Source: Bacteroidales bacterium (GTDB lineage Bacteria; Bacteroidota; Bacteroidia; Bacteroidales; UBA12170). From it: a stretch of 56,954 bases of DNA. The stretch lies in the NCBI GenBank assembly GCA_029938465.1, contig JAOZUW010000001.1:1426-58379 (forward strand), in the 5' to 3' direction. This document shows, piece by piece, positions 8,506 to 20,210 of the stretch. The position numbers and the translations under genes were made by a program. The notes beneath the pieces were generated by a model, which worked only from the letters and a program-made list of their open reading frames with translations, did no database searches and was not told the DNA's origin. Every line of letters starts with the position of its first letter. Within the stretch, counting starts at the first letter, position 1.

Positions 8506-10857
8506 TTAAAAAGGATATCCTACTGCAAAAGAAATAATATAATCACCAAAAAATGATAAATTATTAAAAATCCACTTTCCATCTCCTGCTATATAAGGCT
8601 TCCTAATAGGTACACCTATATCAAAACGTATAACAAAATAAGTAATATCAATTCGTAAACCAAGGCCTGAACCTATGGCTATATCACTTACAAACTTATT
8701 CATTTCAAACTTACCTCCTGGCCTTGTGTCATCCTCATTAATCAACCAAACATTTCCTGCATCAACAAAGAATGCACCATAAGTTTTATAAGTAATCGGA
8801 AAGCGGTATTCTATATTACCCATTAGTTTAATTTCTCCAGATTGATCAATATAGTAGTTATTCATAGAGCTTTCTGGTGGCATATAACTCCCGGGACCTA
8901 ATGTTCGAGCATAAAAAGCTCTAATATCTTGGCTTCCACCAGCAAAATATTGTTTGATATAGGGTAGAACTGTAGAATTACCATATGGAATCCCCACCCC
9001 TGCTACTAAACGAAAAGCTAATTGAGTTTTCTCATTAAAATACATATAGTACCGTAAATCATTTGTTAGTTTTGCATATTGAGAATAAGGAACATTAAAT
9101 AGGGATCCGGGAGATCCTGAATCTTTTAATCCAAAAATATTATAAACACTGTTTATTACATTACCAGACAAATCCACATCTGCATTATAATAAAACTGAT
9201 TAAACTTTTTCTTTTTTGGATTTGTAGAATAAATATAACTAAACCTTGAACCAATAATGAATTGCTCATTAAAACTTTTGGCAACCTGTGGATATTGCTC
9301 TAGAAACTCTTCAAATTCTATAGATGTTTTTGTTAAATGCAGATAATCAATAGTAGCAGGTTCTATTTTATACTCTCTTTTTGCTGAAGTACGCCAAGAA
9401 TATCCAAATTTAGCCTGCGAAATTTTCATATCATAATACCTAACACGTTTTAATGTTTTCAATCCCATACTAAAATATGTTTTTGGAACATATCTTGTTG
9501 ATTTATTTTTTATAGGGAAAGGAGTGATAAATCGCGGAAATATTAATTCTAAACTACCTCCAATTTCATAGGAATTAAAACCAAGTTCATATTCTGTTCG
9601 TGATGCTCTTTTTTGCCATTCAAATCCACCTTCAAGTTTAAAAATTAGTTTTTCTGCTCCTTTAAAAATATTCATATGACCAATAGAAGCTATAGCAGCC
9701 GGACCAAGAAAATTATTAGATTTTGTAGCGAAATTCACTTCTAAACTAGTTTGCAATGGTTTTAAAGGCACCAAAACAATATGCGCATCTAATAAAGCCA
9801 AAGAATCATCAACAGAACTATAAGATACCTCAACAGAACGAAAGGATTCCATTCCTTGCAAATATCTCAAGGTATTTTCATGTTTAGTATATTTATAATG
9901 CTCCTTGGGCTTGATAGAAATAGCTTGTGTAATAATTTTCGGTCTATATGTATTCTCAATAGTTTTATAATAACATTGATTAATAAATAATGAATCGGTA
10001 AATGCTACATTTTTTAAAGAAGGTTTGTTTGAATTTATTGTAATATCTATATTACGGATATAGTACTTATTATATGCTTCTTTACTAATATCATCTTTAA
10101 TGATTAAAGACATATCAACTTGTTTATTCCCCATTGTTGTATCAGCATAGAATAATAAATCATTAGGATTAAAGTAATAATAACCCTGATTTTTTATAAT
10201 CTTACTCAAGCGATTCCGCTCTGCTTTTAAATCTTTAATCCAATAGTCGTTCCCATTTATTATAAGGCTATTATCAAGAGATGAATTAATAATACTATCC
10301 AGTTTTGAATGTTTATTTATAAAGTTCAAATTTCGAATAGTATATGCTGGCTTAAATAAAACAGAGTATTTAGCTCTAATTTTTTTATCATTTTTTCCAT
10401 AAACTTTCAAATCAAGTGTGATATCACTATCAAAAAGCCCCATATCATAAAGGCGCTGTTTCATTACTTTAACCCGGAACTTTGGCTTTACATTTTTCAA
10501 CAAGACTGGAGGTTTTCCAAAAACACGATGTAAATAATGCCTTGGGCCCCAATCGCCACTTGGTTTCCAATAATTATAAATAGATAAATTTAGGCGAGGC
10601 ATAAATACTATAGGCCTATTGGTTTTCACAATACCAACCTTGTAAAGCTCGTAAGCCTTTATAGGTTTGTTATTTATTTTGCCCAATCCTTTTTCAGAGA
10701 ATACAGTATAGGTGTATAATTTTTCATCATCAGCTAGAAACTTAGTATTTGAACAAGAGGTGAAAACAAAAAGCACAATAATAAACTGACTGATATAGAA
10801 ACCAAAATCGATTACTATACCCTTTAAACTATTAATATTACACTTTTTTATCTTCAT
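8506..10857 (-). CDS. Omp85-family TamA/TamL-like lipoprotein
   Basis: Lipobox-like FTSC, FAGGSQDIRAF (VRGF-type) motif, C-terminal AVGYPF; follows tamB. Confidence 0.88.
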   Translation of the reverse strand: MKIKKCNINSLKGIVIDFGFYISQFIIVLFVFTSCSNTKFLADDEKLYTYTVFSEKGLGKINNKPIKAYELYKVGIVKTNRPIVFMPRLNLSIYNYWKPSGDWGPRHYLHRVFGKPPVLLKNVKPKFRVKVMKQRLYDMGLFDSDITLDLKVYGKNDKKIRAKYSVLFKPAYTIRNLNFINKHSKLDSIINSSLDNSLIINGNDYWIKDLKAERNRLSKIIKNQGYYYFNPNDLLFYADTTMGNKQVDMSLIIKDDISKEAYNKYYIRNIDITINSNKPSLKNVAFTDSLFINQCYYKTIENTYRPKIITQAISIKPKEHYKYTKHENTLRYLQGMESFRSVEVSYSSVDDSLALLDAHIVLVPLKPLQTSLEVNFATKSNNFLGPAAIASIGHMNIFKGAEKLIFKLEGGFEWQKRASRTEYELGFNSYEIGGSLELIFPRFITPFPIKNKSTRYVPKTYFSMGLKTLKRVRYYDMKISQAKFGYSWRTSAKREYKIEPATIDYLHLTKTSIEFEEFLEQYPQVAKSFNEQFIIGSRFSYIYSTNPKKKKFNQFYYNADVDLSGNVINSVYNIFGLKDSGSPGSLFNVPYSQYAKLTNDLRYYMYFNEKTQLAFRLVAGVGIPYGNSTVLPYIKQYFAGGSQDIRAFYARTLGPGSYMPPESSMNNYYIDQSGEIKLMGNIEYRFPITYKTYGAFFVDAGNVWLINEDDTRPGGKFEMNKFVSDIAIGSGLGLRIDITYFVIRFDIGVPIRKPYIAGDGKWIFNNLSFFGDYIISFAVGYPF

Positions 10858-10903
10858 TCTATATTATTCTCAAACTTAGCTTTTAACTTTGATTTTTTTA
10901 TTT

Positions 10904-13900
10904 CTAATTTTTTTTATCCTTTTGCTTCTTTTGTTTTTCTAGGTCAACAAAAATATCTTTTACAGAATAAAAACTCTTTCTATAACGAATGCCTCCCCCT
11001 GTTTCTATTACTTCTCCCTCTAACAAACCTTCATACTTATCTTTCCTAAAAAATACAGTTCTAAAACGACCATCTTTAGTAATTTTTACTTCTACTTCTA
11101 GCTCGTTTTGAACAAAATTGGAAACACTTTGTTTGGCATTTACATCCGAGGCTAAACCCAAGCTACCCTTATACTTTATTCTAGCCCTATCCTTAAAAAA
11201 ACTTTTCCCCACATTATAATAATAATTACGACGAAAAACCTCTTCACCAGACTCACCATAATCCATATAAGATTGCACATCAAAATTTAAATCTACAAAA
11301 TGAAGATTATCACCTATAAGATGATTTAGTTGTCTGGCATAAAAATTATCGACCTGTGCTGCTACCATAGATGTTCCTCCTGCATCTGAACCATTAATGC
11401 TAATAACAAAACTACCTCGAGCCAAAAGATTAAGCGCATTAATATTCTTCTCTTTCTCACTAAGTTGGGCAATTCTTGCTGAAACTATTGCATCATTTGT
11501 TTCGGAAGATATACCAAATTTCAATTTCACATTATTTAGTTCACCGTTCATATAAAGAAACACTTTAAATATCATAACCTTATTGTAATCTGGAATAAGC
11601 CCTTCCGTTGATGCCCGAACCTCTGATGAGGCTATAATATTTACATGTGGATTATATATATCATTTGATAAAGAGATGAAACTACCTGGCTCAATTTTAT
11701 ATTTCTTAACTGTTATCATTGGAATACTATAATGCAGATCTCCTTCCTGCACCTCGAAAATTCCTGAAATTACTGTATTTTCTCCTTTTGAATTATAGTT
11801 CATACTACCATTAAGGGTGGCATTCAAATAATTTTCACCTCCATTGTCAAAATACAACTTAAAATGTGTTCCGTTATCAATAATAATTTGAGATTTAATC
11901 TCCTTAAATAAATCCTTACTAAAATTTGCACTCTTTTTATACTTTCTTTTTTCTTTTTCTTTTATACTATCACATTTATATTCACAAAACCTTACAACAC
12001 CCTGATTATCATTCATAACAAGACTTTCAGGAAAAACATAGGTTAGATCTGTAGAATGATCCAATACTACCTGAGCATCCAAATTCAAATCTCCTGATGA
12101 ACCTTTTATATCCACATTAGCCTGTGCTTTTAATAAACCAAACAAAACCTCATTATCTTCCTTTGTTGAGTTCATTATTTCGATGTTATCTGTTTTTAGT
12201 TGCAGATTGCTATAATAACCAGATGTTTTATCGAATGATAGTTTACCAATAAGTTTTGCTGTCTGATTTTGTTTATTTATAATAGAAAACTCTTCAAAAT
12301 CAATAACATTATTCTGTATGACTATTTTTTCATTTCCAAGCGTAAAATAATTATTTAAAAAGACAACTCCCAAACCAGTATCACTAAAACTTAGCTCTCC
12401 ATTAATAATAGGATTTTCTATATTTCCCTGAACACCTAAATTCCCATTCAGAATCCCTTTTGCATCAACAATATAATCAGATAATAAATAATTCATCTTA
12501 CTTAAATCCAACTTTTTAATATCCAATTCAATATCAAAAGGATTATTTTCCGCTTTTAAATCATAATCCCCAGAAAGATGAATATCCTCATAATCACCCT
12601 GTATTGCCATGTCAACAGAAAATAAATCATCTTTATAAATTAATTTTGATACAGAGAGCTCACCAGCATCAAAACCAAAAATATCAACATCTTTCAATGA
12701 TAATTGTCCATTAATAGCTGGATTATGATATATATTTGTAAAATTAATATCTGCACTTAACTTTGCAGCAACTAAAGTATCAGTTATGAAAAGTTGTTCT
12801 AGGTTTTCAAGATTAATATTATCCAATTTTAAATTTAAGCTTTGTGCTTTCTTTTCAGAAGAAGAAAACGAGATAGTTTGATCTTTACTATGCAATTCTA
12901 ATTTATTCATAAGAAAATGATCAGAATGCAGAATCAAATAATTACTATTATCAATATTCCATTGATCGTAATTCAATATAAGGCTATCAGAAAGAATATG
13001 TATTGCAGCACCATCATATGATGGGTCTATACGGAATCTTAAGTCAAGATATTTATTATCAAAGGAGTCATAATAACGAAAACCACTTATCAAATCAGAG
13101 TTACTAAATGTTCCAAACAGACTCATTTTACCTTTTAATAAATTGTCTATCTCCATATTTGTTTGACAGAGGTATTCTAATTTCTTTGATGATCCTTTTA
13201 AAGAGAGAGATAAACCATCAATATGTAATGATTGATAACGAAGACCAGGTAATAATACATTAAAATCAATCTTATCAAGATTTTTATCATATCCACCATT
13301 AATAGTAAGCTCATCAAACTCAGGATAATCCGGGAAAAATAATCGTGCAAATGCCTCAGGATATTTTATTTTACCATTAACATTGAAAACTGGAAGTGTA
13401 AATTTTACAGAATCATCTTTTGCATTTTGAAAATAGTAATTTGGCAAACTTTCAACTGAACCTATAAAATCTGAAAGATGATCGTCTGCTGTGAAATCTA
13501 GATTATAATAAAAACTAGATAAATGAAACTCTGTATTTTTATTTGCAGTAATAAAACTCAAATCAGCAGGATGCATATTATAGATAGTGTCACCAAAAGT
13601 AAAGTTCAAATTCTCAATCTCTGAAATAATTTTATAATTATCTCCTTTAGAAACCTCAGCATTCAAAACAGCTTGTCCATCAAAAATAAACTCTTCATCA
13701 AGGATATTTAATGTAAATAAATCTATTTTTTTTGCATTGATATCCAGATTAAGCATTTGATTATCTTCAAGATAAACACCATTGGCTTTTATATTAAATA
13801 AAAGGTTGGTATCTAATGAAAAAAGATTGGCATCAAATTGCCCAGCAAACATTTGCTCCTCAAAAAATATATTGTTATAATCATAGTTATTATACCTTAT

Positions 13901-15799
13901 TTGATCAATATCTAGATCTATAGTAGAATTAGAACCAGTGAAATCATTTCCTTCGAACATAGCTTGCAATTCGAAATTTGCTTTTTCAAATCCTAAATCC
14001 TGAACAGAACTTAGATTTTTAAGACAAGCTGAGACATTAAAAATATACTTTGGCACTCCACTCAGAGAGATATCCAGCTCTTTCACATTTATTTGACCTA
14101 CACTAGATTCTATTTCGCCAAGAAAATGATAATTACTACTCCCTCCTGTCAGGTTTCCTTTAAGAATTACAAAATCGGGAATACTATATGGAGAAATGAT
14201 TGGAAAAGCTTCAAGAGCGAACTCCAAATCATTTTTAGAGCACATTAGCTCAGCTATTTGCATATCATAATATATCGAATCATCACCTAGTAATCCTCCT
14301 ATTTTACCCGATGAAAACAGTTGAATGGAATCTTGATTATAAAACTCAAACTGCTTAATTCTCAAATTATCCAAACCACCATCCAACTGAGTATGAAGTT
14401 TAAAACTACTTTTAACAAAATCCTCAGACAAAAAGTTGTATTTTTCTATAAATGGATAAAAATAATCTATATCATTCCAGTTTAAGCTCTTTATTATCAA
14501 ATTAAGGTTTAGATCTTTCTTCCTCAACTCATTATAATTTGTTGGATTAATATCTGTTTCAAGCTGTATTCGATAACTTGAATTTGAAGTTGTAATATCC
14601 ATATCCTCAATTGAAAAAAGAGATCCATGTTGATTTAAATGGCCTTGCATAGCCATAATATTTAAACCATTATGCTCTTTTCCGCTTAAATGATTAATCT
14701 GCATCTTACAAAAACTATCATCTATAATAAAATCAATCAATTTTGCATCTAAATCATAAATATTTAAATGATCACTGTTGAAATGTTCTCTAGCATTATA
14801 TCTGCCTTGATAATTGAGTGTAAATTTAAAACCCTCCAATTCCAAATCCTCCCCTTCAACACGCCATAAATATTGCCCCCAATTTGAATCATCATCGGTT
14901 TGAGTATTTGAATGATCATTTGGCAGGAAAGCAACAGAACAATGGGTGTTTTTTATAATGCCTTTATTCAGAGAAACTTTTTCTTTTGTAATATCCACTA
15001 ATAGATCTTTTACCTCTAAATCAGCTGATTGCATAGAAAAAAGAATAGATGAGGTAGAGTCAATATAAGTAAATATTACATTATTTAGAACTGCATTACC
15101 CAGCCGAATATCAGCAAATTCGAAAGTGGTTGTATCATTATCTTCCTCTGTATATAAAGATTCGTAGCTCATTTTTGTTTCGTGAATATCCACGTTTTTA
15201 CAATAAATAAGTGTATCCAAATTTAAAGTGCCCACTTCTAAACTTAGTTCTCCAACATCTACAATCAATTCAAATCCAATATCCTCATCTCTATACTTCA
15301 TATATGAAGATTTAACAATAAGGTTATCCACCATAAATTCCCAAGAATTTGATTCTACTTTTGGTGAGGCGTCTTCTTCAGTTTGATTATCACTAACTTG
15401 CTGTAATAACTGTTCAACATCTCCTTTAAAACCTTCTAATTCCACCTCTTGTGCAATAATTTTATGCCTAAATAGTGGAAGAATCTCAAAACTTACAGCT
15501 AATTTTCTAAGATAAAGAAGAGTATCTGCTTTATTTTTTGAAATAAGTAGCTCCTCAACTTCAATATTTTTTCGAAATCCGAAATACAACTCTCCAATAC
15601 TAACATCACAATTTAATTGTTCTTGAAGTATTGTTACACCATAGTCTTTAGCTTTATTTTTAATTGGAGAGAATGAGAACACAAATATTAAAATGATAAA
15701 TATTACAGTAAGTAGTAAAAAGAAGCCTAACATTGCTTTAATCACTACATCTAAGGGCTTATATTTAACTATTTTTTTAATTTTTATTTTATTCATCAA
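10904..15799 (-). CDS. TamB/AsmA-like translocation and assembly module protein
   Basis: 1631 aa, N-terminal signal anchor, beta-rich repeats, C-terminal LLEGEVIETGGGIRYR; adjacent to an Omp85 gene. Confidence 0.85.
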   Translation of the reverse strand: MMNKIKIKKIVKYKPLDVVIKAMLGFFLLLTVIFIILIFVFSFSPIKNKAKDYGVTILQEQLNCDVSIGELYFGFRKNIEVEELLISKNKADTLLYLRKLAVSFEILPLFRHKIIAQEVELEGFKGDVEQLLQQVSDNQTEEDASPKVESNSWEFMVDNLIVKSSYMKYRDEDIGFELIVDVGELSLEVGTLNLDTLIYCKNVDIHETKMSYESLYTEEDNDTTTFEFADIRLGNAVLNNVIFTYIDSTSSILFSMQSADLEVKDLLVDITKEKVSLNKGIIKNTHCSVAFLPNDHSNTQTDDDSNWGQYLWRVEGEDLELEGFKFTLNYQGRYNAREHFNSDHLNIYDLDAKLIDFIIDDSFCKMQINHLSGKEHNGLNIMAMQGHLNQHGSLFSIEDMDITTSNSSYRIQLETDINPTNYNELRKKDLNLNLIIKSLNWNDIDYFYPFIEKYNFLSEDFVKSSFKLHTQLDGGLDNLRIKQFEFYNQDSIQLFSSGKIGGLLGDDSIYYDMQIAELMCSKNDLEFALEAFPIISPYSIPDFVILKGNLTGGSSNYHFLGEIESSVGQINVKELDISLSGVPKYIFNVSACLKNLSSVQDLGFEKANFELQAMFEGNDFTGSNSTIDLDIDQIRYNNYDYNNIFFEEQMFAGQFDANLFSLDTNLLFNIKANGVYLEDNQMLNLDINAKKIDLFTLNILDEEFIFDGQAVLNAEVSKGDNYKIISEIENLNFTFGDTIYNMHPADLSFITANKNTEFHLSSFYYNLDFTADDHLSDFIGSVESLPNYYFQNAKDDSVKFTLPVFNVNGKIKYPEAFARLFFPDYPEFDELTINGGYDKNLDKIDFNVLLPGLRYQSLHIDGLSLSLKGSSKKLEYLCQTNMEIDNLLKGKMSLFGTFSNSDLISGFRYYDSFDNKYLDLRFRIDPSYDGAAIHILSDSLILNYDQWNIDNSNYLILHSDHFLMNKLELHSKDQTISFSSSEKKAQSLNLKLDNINLENLEQLFITDTLVAAKLSADINFTNIYHNPAINGQLSLKDVDIFGFDAGELSVSKLIYKDDLFSVDMAIQGDYEDIHLSGDYDLKAENNPFDIELDIKKLDLSKMNYLLSDYIVDAKGILNGNLGVQGNIENPIINGELSFSDTGLGVVFLNNYFTLGNEKIVIQNNVIDFEEFSIINKQNQTAKLIGKLSFDKTSGYYSNLQLKTDNIEIMNSTKEDNEVLFGLLKAQANVDIKGSSGDLNLDAQVVLDHSTDLTYVFPESLVMNDNQGVVRFCEYKCDSIKEKEKRKYKKSANFSKDLFKEIKSQIIIDNGTHFKLYFDNGGENYLNATLNGSMNYNSKGENTVISGIFEVQEGDLHYSIPMITVKKYKIEPGSFISLSNDIYNPHVNIIASSEVRASTEGLIPDYNKVMIFKVFLYMNGELNNVKLKFGISSETNDAIVSARIAQLSEKEKNINALNLLARGSFVISINGSDAGGTSMVAAQVDNFYARQLNHLIGDNLHFVDLNFDVQSYMDYGESGEEVFRRNYYYNVGKSFFKDRARIKYKGSLGLASDVNAKQSVSNFVQNELEVEVKITKDGRFRTVFFRKDKYEGLLEGEVIETGGGIRYRKSFYSVKDIFVDLEKQKKQKDKKN

Positions 15800-15919
15800 G
15801 GCTAATGCAATAATAACTTATTTATCTATTCCACACCTACATTATTTCTTGAAATCAAGCTGAGAAAAATGAATTTCAACACTAGGTATACATATATCTA
15901 CTTTAAATCATAACTGTAG

Positions 15920-17155
15920 TTAAAACGCTTCGGAATAAGTAAAGAAAAACAGTGGTCTCTTCTCAAAAACACCTACATCAAAACGCAGATTTGATCGTGT
16001 GGCTTCATTAACAACCAACCTAATGCCAGCACCATAGGTCCATTTAACCCCATCCCAAGTATAAGAATTAAAATCGGGAGCCACTTCTCCTAAGCCCGTA
16101 AATACAGCACCTGAAAATACCCAAAAAATTGGGAATCGAAGCTCAACTTGCGCCTCAATCATTGTCTTATCACGAAAACGTCCATGATATACTCCTCTCA
16201 TCATATCATCGCCACCCATCAAGGATAATGACTGTATAGGCACATTTCCAAATTTTGCTTCGCTATATAACTGTCCTGCCAATGTAAGTCCTTTAATTGG
16301 TGTAATAAATTTGCGCAAATCAATAGTCAAAGAGTTATACTCAAATTCACTTCCTATCCATTTTCCATAATTCATAAATTCAAAATATATGGCAGATCCT
16401 TTTCTAGCACTAAGACGATTATCACGAGTGTCATAACGTGCTCTAATTCCAATACCTGATTGAATACCCTCATTTTCATCCAAATTCTCATAATTAAAAG
16501 CACATTGCTCGGCATCAGCCACGGTATCAACCTTCAAAAAGTTATTAAATAGATATTTAACTCCAATGTAATAGGTTTCATTAAGTTGATATACTATGGA
16601 TTGTTCAATACCAAAATTTTCGGTATCTACCCAACATCTATCTTCCAGTTTTGTATCATCTCCAATACCAAAATAATAACTCGGGAAATCAATAAACATT
16701 ATTTGAGTGAAGCTTTCCCATTTATTTTCACTAAAAATCAAATCAGAGGTTAATACACCTTTATATTGCTTATTCATAGTTAAATAAAACAATGCCGTAA
16801 CTTGAGAAGGTTGTATACTTTCATCATATTGATCATCGGCTCCAATCCTAAAAGAGTTTATTTTTGTTAAACCAAAAAGCCAATCAGTTTCGGCTGAATA
16901 TGAAACGACAGGCAATGGAAATATCCGAACTATTTTTTCCATCTTTTTATTAAAATCATCCAATTTTGATTGATCTGCTGTAGTATCTACTTTTTCCTTT
17001 TGTGTAGTGTCCATCATTATTTCAATAGGTTCATCATAGAATCCCAAACTAACTTTAGCTGTTGTTGTATGACTTAAAAATATTAATACGGCTAGCAAGA
17101 AATATATCCTCATATCAAATATGATTTTGTGAAAAAACAATATAGAAACTTTCAA
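15920..17155 (-). CDS. Omp85/surface-antigen beta-barrel without obvious POTRA domains (likely start ATG at 17113)
   Basis: YDTRDN, MGGDDMMRGVYHGRFRD, GAGIR and terminal EAF motifs; -7 element TATCTTTG at 17175-17168. Confidence 0.85.
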   Translation of the reverse strand: MKVSILFFHKIIFDMRIYFLLAVLIFLSHTTTAKVSLGFYDEPIEIMMDTTQKEKVDTTADQSKLDDFNKKMEKIVRIFPLPVVSYSAETDWLFGLTKINSFRIGADDQYDESIQPSQVTALFYLTMNKQYKGVLTSDLIFSENKWESFTQIMFIDFPSYYFGIGDDTKLEDRCWVDTENFGIEQSIVYQLNETYYIGVKYLFNNFLKVDTVADAEQCAFNYENLDENEGIQSGIGIRARYDTRDNRLSARKGSAIYFEFMNYGKWIGSEFEYNSLTIDLRKFITPIKGLTLAGQLYSEAKFGNVPIQSLSLMGGDDMMRGVYHGRFRDKTMIEAQVELRFPIFWVFSGAVFTGLGEVAPDFNSYTWDGVKWTYGAGIRLVVNEATRSNLRFDVGVFEKRPLFFFTYSEAF

Positions 17156-17204
17156 TTAATACTAGGTCAAAGATAAAATATTTTCTCTGAAAAAAAAACA
17201 GGTT

Positions 17205-19295
17205 TTAGAAATACCCCTCACGTTTACGGAATACCCATTCAGCTGATAGCAACAGCAATAAAATAAAAACCAATATTTTTGTATCGATTAAATGGATAAG
17301 ATTTTGCACATAAGAAGCACGTTCTTTAAAATCTGGTCGATTAATTAAATCCTCAATAAGTTCATCCAATTGAGATGGATAATATGTTTTCCCTTGAGCT
17401 TGTGCAGCTAAATTAGATAATAACTCCACATTTGCTTTCTGCTCATTTTTTTCTACACTCCAAGAATCTACCACAAATTCACCTTTTTTATAAAGTATAG
17501 TATCTTTTGTGATTGCTTTTCCTTCGAACGAATATAACCCAGGTTTTAAATGCCCTAAACTCACGGAATAATGATCCTTATTGGGTAAAAAAACATACTG
17601 ATAAATATGATTCTGTTCATCCCTTAGTTCCAAATCTATATCGGCATCTGATATCAACTCAAAATTAGGATTATACACTTCTGCTTGCCACTCAATTTTA
17701 TCTGTTTCATTATAAATATTATCAAAATGAATGCCAAATCTATCTTCATAAATACCTGTGAGCAAATACTTTGCAGTTCTTTGTATATAAGCATCAAAGT
17801 TATTGAAGTTACTATTTTTTTTATAGTCATTCAAACGCCATTTCCACAAGCCTTCACCAGCTAAAAGCGTATATTTTACACTTCCTTTATGCCAAAAGAA
17901 CTGTAAAGGTTTTTGTGTTTCATACCCCTTAATATTTTGCCAGAACATCACCTGTGAGTAGCTCATACTTTCGTACGAAGAAAAAGGAACGTATAAAGGA
18001 GGGAAATCCTCCATAGTATTTAACCAGTATTTCGGCATCTTAAATACGGAAAAATCAGGGTTAGCTTTTGCCTGTGCATATTCAAAACCACCTTGTGGGC
18101 TTGAAATCCTCCAGGGAATATTTTGTTTCGACAATAAAGAGAAATCAGTTTGCGGACTTATTACAAACCAAAGTGCTTTTTTATCAAATCCCTTTTGTTC
18201 AAATAATTGTATGCTTCGCCTATCAGCCACAGGTAAGGAATGCAATATAATCAACTGATAATCACTTATTTCAAAAGGATAATCCTGTAAGGTTTTAACA
18301 TCTATTTGATAAGAGGATATTTTCCGTAATGAAGAGGCCATAGCTCCTAAATCAGGATGTGGGGCTCTACCCAATAATAAAACTTTATTACCTGTTTTCA
18401 CAATTTGAACATAAAAAGCACGCTCCACTTCCATTTGTTTCCCTTGTTGATCCTCTGTCAATAAGCGAACGACATATTTTTGCAGCCCTTTTCCTTTAGG
18501 TTCTAATTGAAAATTTACTACAGAATTATATTCATTATTAGATATGTTAATAGTTTTACTATTAATGGTTATTTGATCATAATCAACTGTTACTTTCAGT
18601 TTTTTATTTTTCAAACCATTTGCCTGAACAACAACTTCTAAAGGAAAACTTCCTCCTTGTTTTATTACTTTATTAAAATACAAAGCATCAATAAAAAGCT
18701 CTTGTTTTGCAGATGTATCACCATATACTACTGGATATATCTCCACTGGAGAGTTTTGCAATATAAAAGAAGGATTTTGACCTTGATTATAATTTCCATC
18801 ACTAAGCAAGACTACAGCGGATAAATTAAGCATATAGTACTTATCCTCAACATAACTCAACATTTGACCAATATCGGTTCTTTTGCCAGCAAAAACTATC
18901 TTTTTATCCCATACAATATCTTGATGAAAACCTACAAAATCAACATTAAAATGATTGGACAATTTCGATGAGATATGATGAATTGTCTTGCTTATTTCCT
19001 GTGTAAATGCAAGGCTGTCATGATGCAACAGCATAGATTCTGACTCATCGAGAGCTATAACGATCATTGGTTTCTCCAGATGCTTTGTTTTTTCTATTAA
19101 ATATGGATTAAGTAACAAAACACCCAAAACAAAAACGCTTAAAAAACGAAGGATAAAAAAAAGAATTTTATACCCATTGGAAAAATCGTGACGGGAATTG
19201 CGGTAGTATAAAAAAGCCGATATGGTTAATGCCACCAAAATAACAAATAGCAATAACCATAAAGGCTGTTCAAGATTTATTGGTAATTCTTTCAA
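17205..19295 (-). CDS. VWA-domain membrane protein
   Basis: Two N-terminal TMs (LRFL), MIDAS-like DESES and LSDG, C-terminal TM ending EWVFRKR. Confidence 0.8.
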   Translation of the reverse strand: MKELPINLEQPLWLLLFVILVALTISAFLYYRNSRHDFSNGYKILFFILRFLSVFVLGVLLLNPYLIEKTKHLEKPMIVIALDESESMLLHHDSLAFTQEISKTIHHISSKLSNHFNVDFVGFHQDIVWDKKIVFAGKRTDIGQMLSYVEDKYYMLNLSAVVLLSDGNYNQGQNPSFILQNSPVEIYPVVYGDTSAKQELFIDALYFNKVIKQGGSFPLEVVVQANGLKNKKLKVTVDYDQITINSKTINISNNEYNSVVNFQLEPKGKGLQKYVVRLLTEDQQGKQMEVERAFYVQIVKTGNKVLLLGRAPHPDLGAMASSLRKISSYQIDVKTLQDYPFEISDYQLIILHSLPVADRRSIQLFEQKGFDKKALWFVISPQTDFSLLSKQNIPWRISSPQGGFEYAQAKANPDFSVFKMPKYWLNTMEDFPPLYVPFSSYESMSYSQVMFWQNIKGYETQKPLQFFWHKGSVKYTLLAGEGLWKWRLNDYKKNSNFNNFDAYIQRTAKYLLTGIYEDRFGIHFDNIYNETDKIEWQAEVYNPNFELISDADIDLELRDEQNHIYQYVFLPNKDHYSVSLGHLKPGLYSFEGKAITKDTILYKKGEFVVDSWSVEKNEQKANVELLSNLAAQAQGKTYYPSQLDELIEDLINRPDFKERASYVQNLIHLIDTKILVFILLLLLSAEWVFRKREGYF

Positions 19296-19317
19296 AAGAA
19301 TAATATAAATAAGTATT

Positions 19318-20064
19318 TTATGTGTTCATTCCGCCACAAACATTAATCACTTGGCCTGTTACATAAGTAGATAAATCTGAGGCTAAAAAAGTGGCTACAT
19401 TTGCTACATCCTGAGCCTGCCCACCTCTCCTTAGAGGAATGGTTTTAATCCATTCTTTACGAACATCCTCTGGTAATTTTTCAGTCATTTTTGTTTCAAT
19501 AAAACCAGGAGCAATGGCATTACATCTAATACTTCTTGAACCTAATTCTTGCGCTATTGATTTTGTAAAGCCAATCAAACCAGCTTTAGAAGCTGAATAA
19601 TTTGATTGTCCAGCATTACCACTAACACCAACAACAGAACTCATATTAATAATGGAACCTGATCTTTGCTTAAGCATATATTTCTGTACAGCTTTAGTCA
19701 GGTTAAAAACTGATTTTAGATTGATTTTTATCACTAAATCCCAATCAGCTTCTGTCATACGCATTAATAAATTGTCACGTGTAATACCTGCATTATTTAC
19801 TAATATATCTACACTACCAAAGTCTTTAGCTATTTCATCGACCATTTTTTCAGAACCTTCAAATGAACTGGCATCAGAAGCATATCCTTTAGCTTTAACT
19901 CCCATATCACTTAAATCCTTCTCAAGGGACTCAAAATTCTCATCTTTTACTAAATCAGAGAATGCTATATTGGCTCCTTCTTGAGCAAATTTAATGGCAA
20001 TCTCTCTACCAATTCCTCGGCTACCTCCAGTAATGATAGCAGTTTTTCCTTTTAATAATATCAT
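19318..20064 (-). CDS. fabG: 3-oxoacyl-ACP reductase
   Basis: TGGSRGIG, NNAGITRD, YSASK SDR motifs; -7 TATCTTTG at 20107-20100. Confidence 0.95.
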   Translation of the reverse strand: MILLKGKTAIITGGSRGIGREIAIKFAQEGANIAFSDLVKDENFESLEKDLSDMGVKAKGYASDASSFEGSEKMVDEIAKDFGSVDILVNNAGITRDNLLMRMTEADWDLVIKINLKSVFNLTKAVQKYMLKQRSGSIINMSSVVGVSGNAGQSNYSASKAGLIGFTKSIAQELGSRSIRCNAIAPGFIETKMTEKLPEDVRKEWIKTIPLRRGGQAQDVANVATFLASDLSTYVTGQVINVCGGMNT

Positions 20065-20210
20065 AGTTTATTATTTGTTTTCAATCATAAATTAGCGGCC
20101 AAAGATAAAAAACTTTTGCAACAGGGGCTAGTCCATATTTTCGCAATTCTTTTCCTTTGGACTACAACACAATGAGAAGTATTAATTTTTCAATAGCTTT
20201 ATACTTTAGT

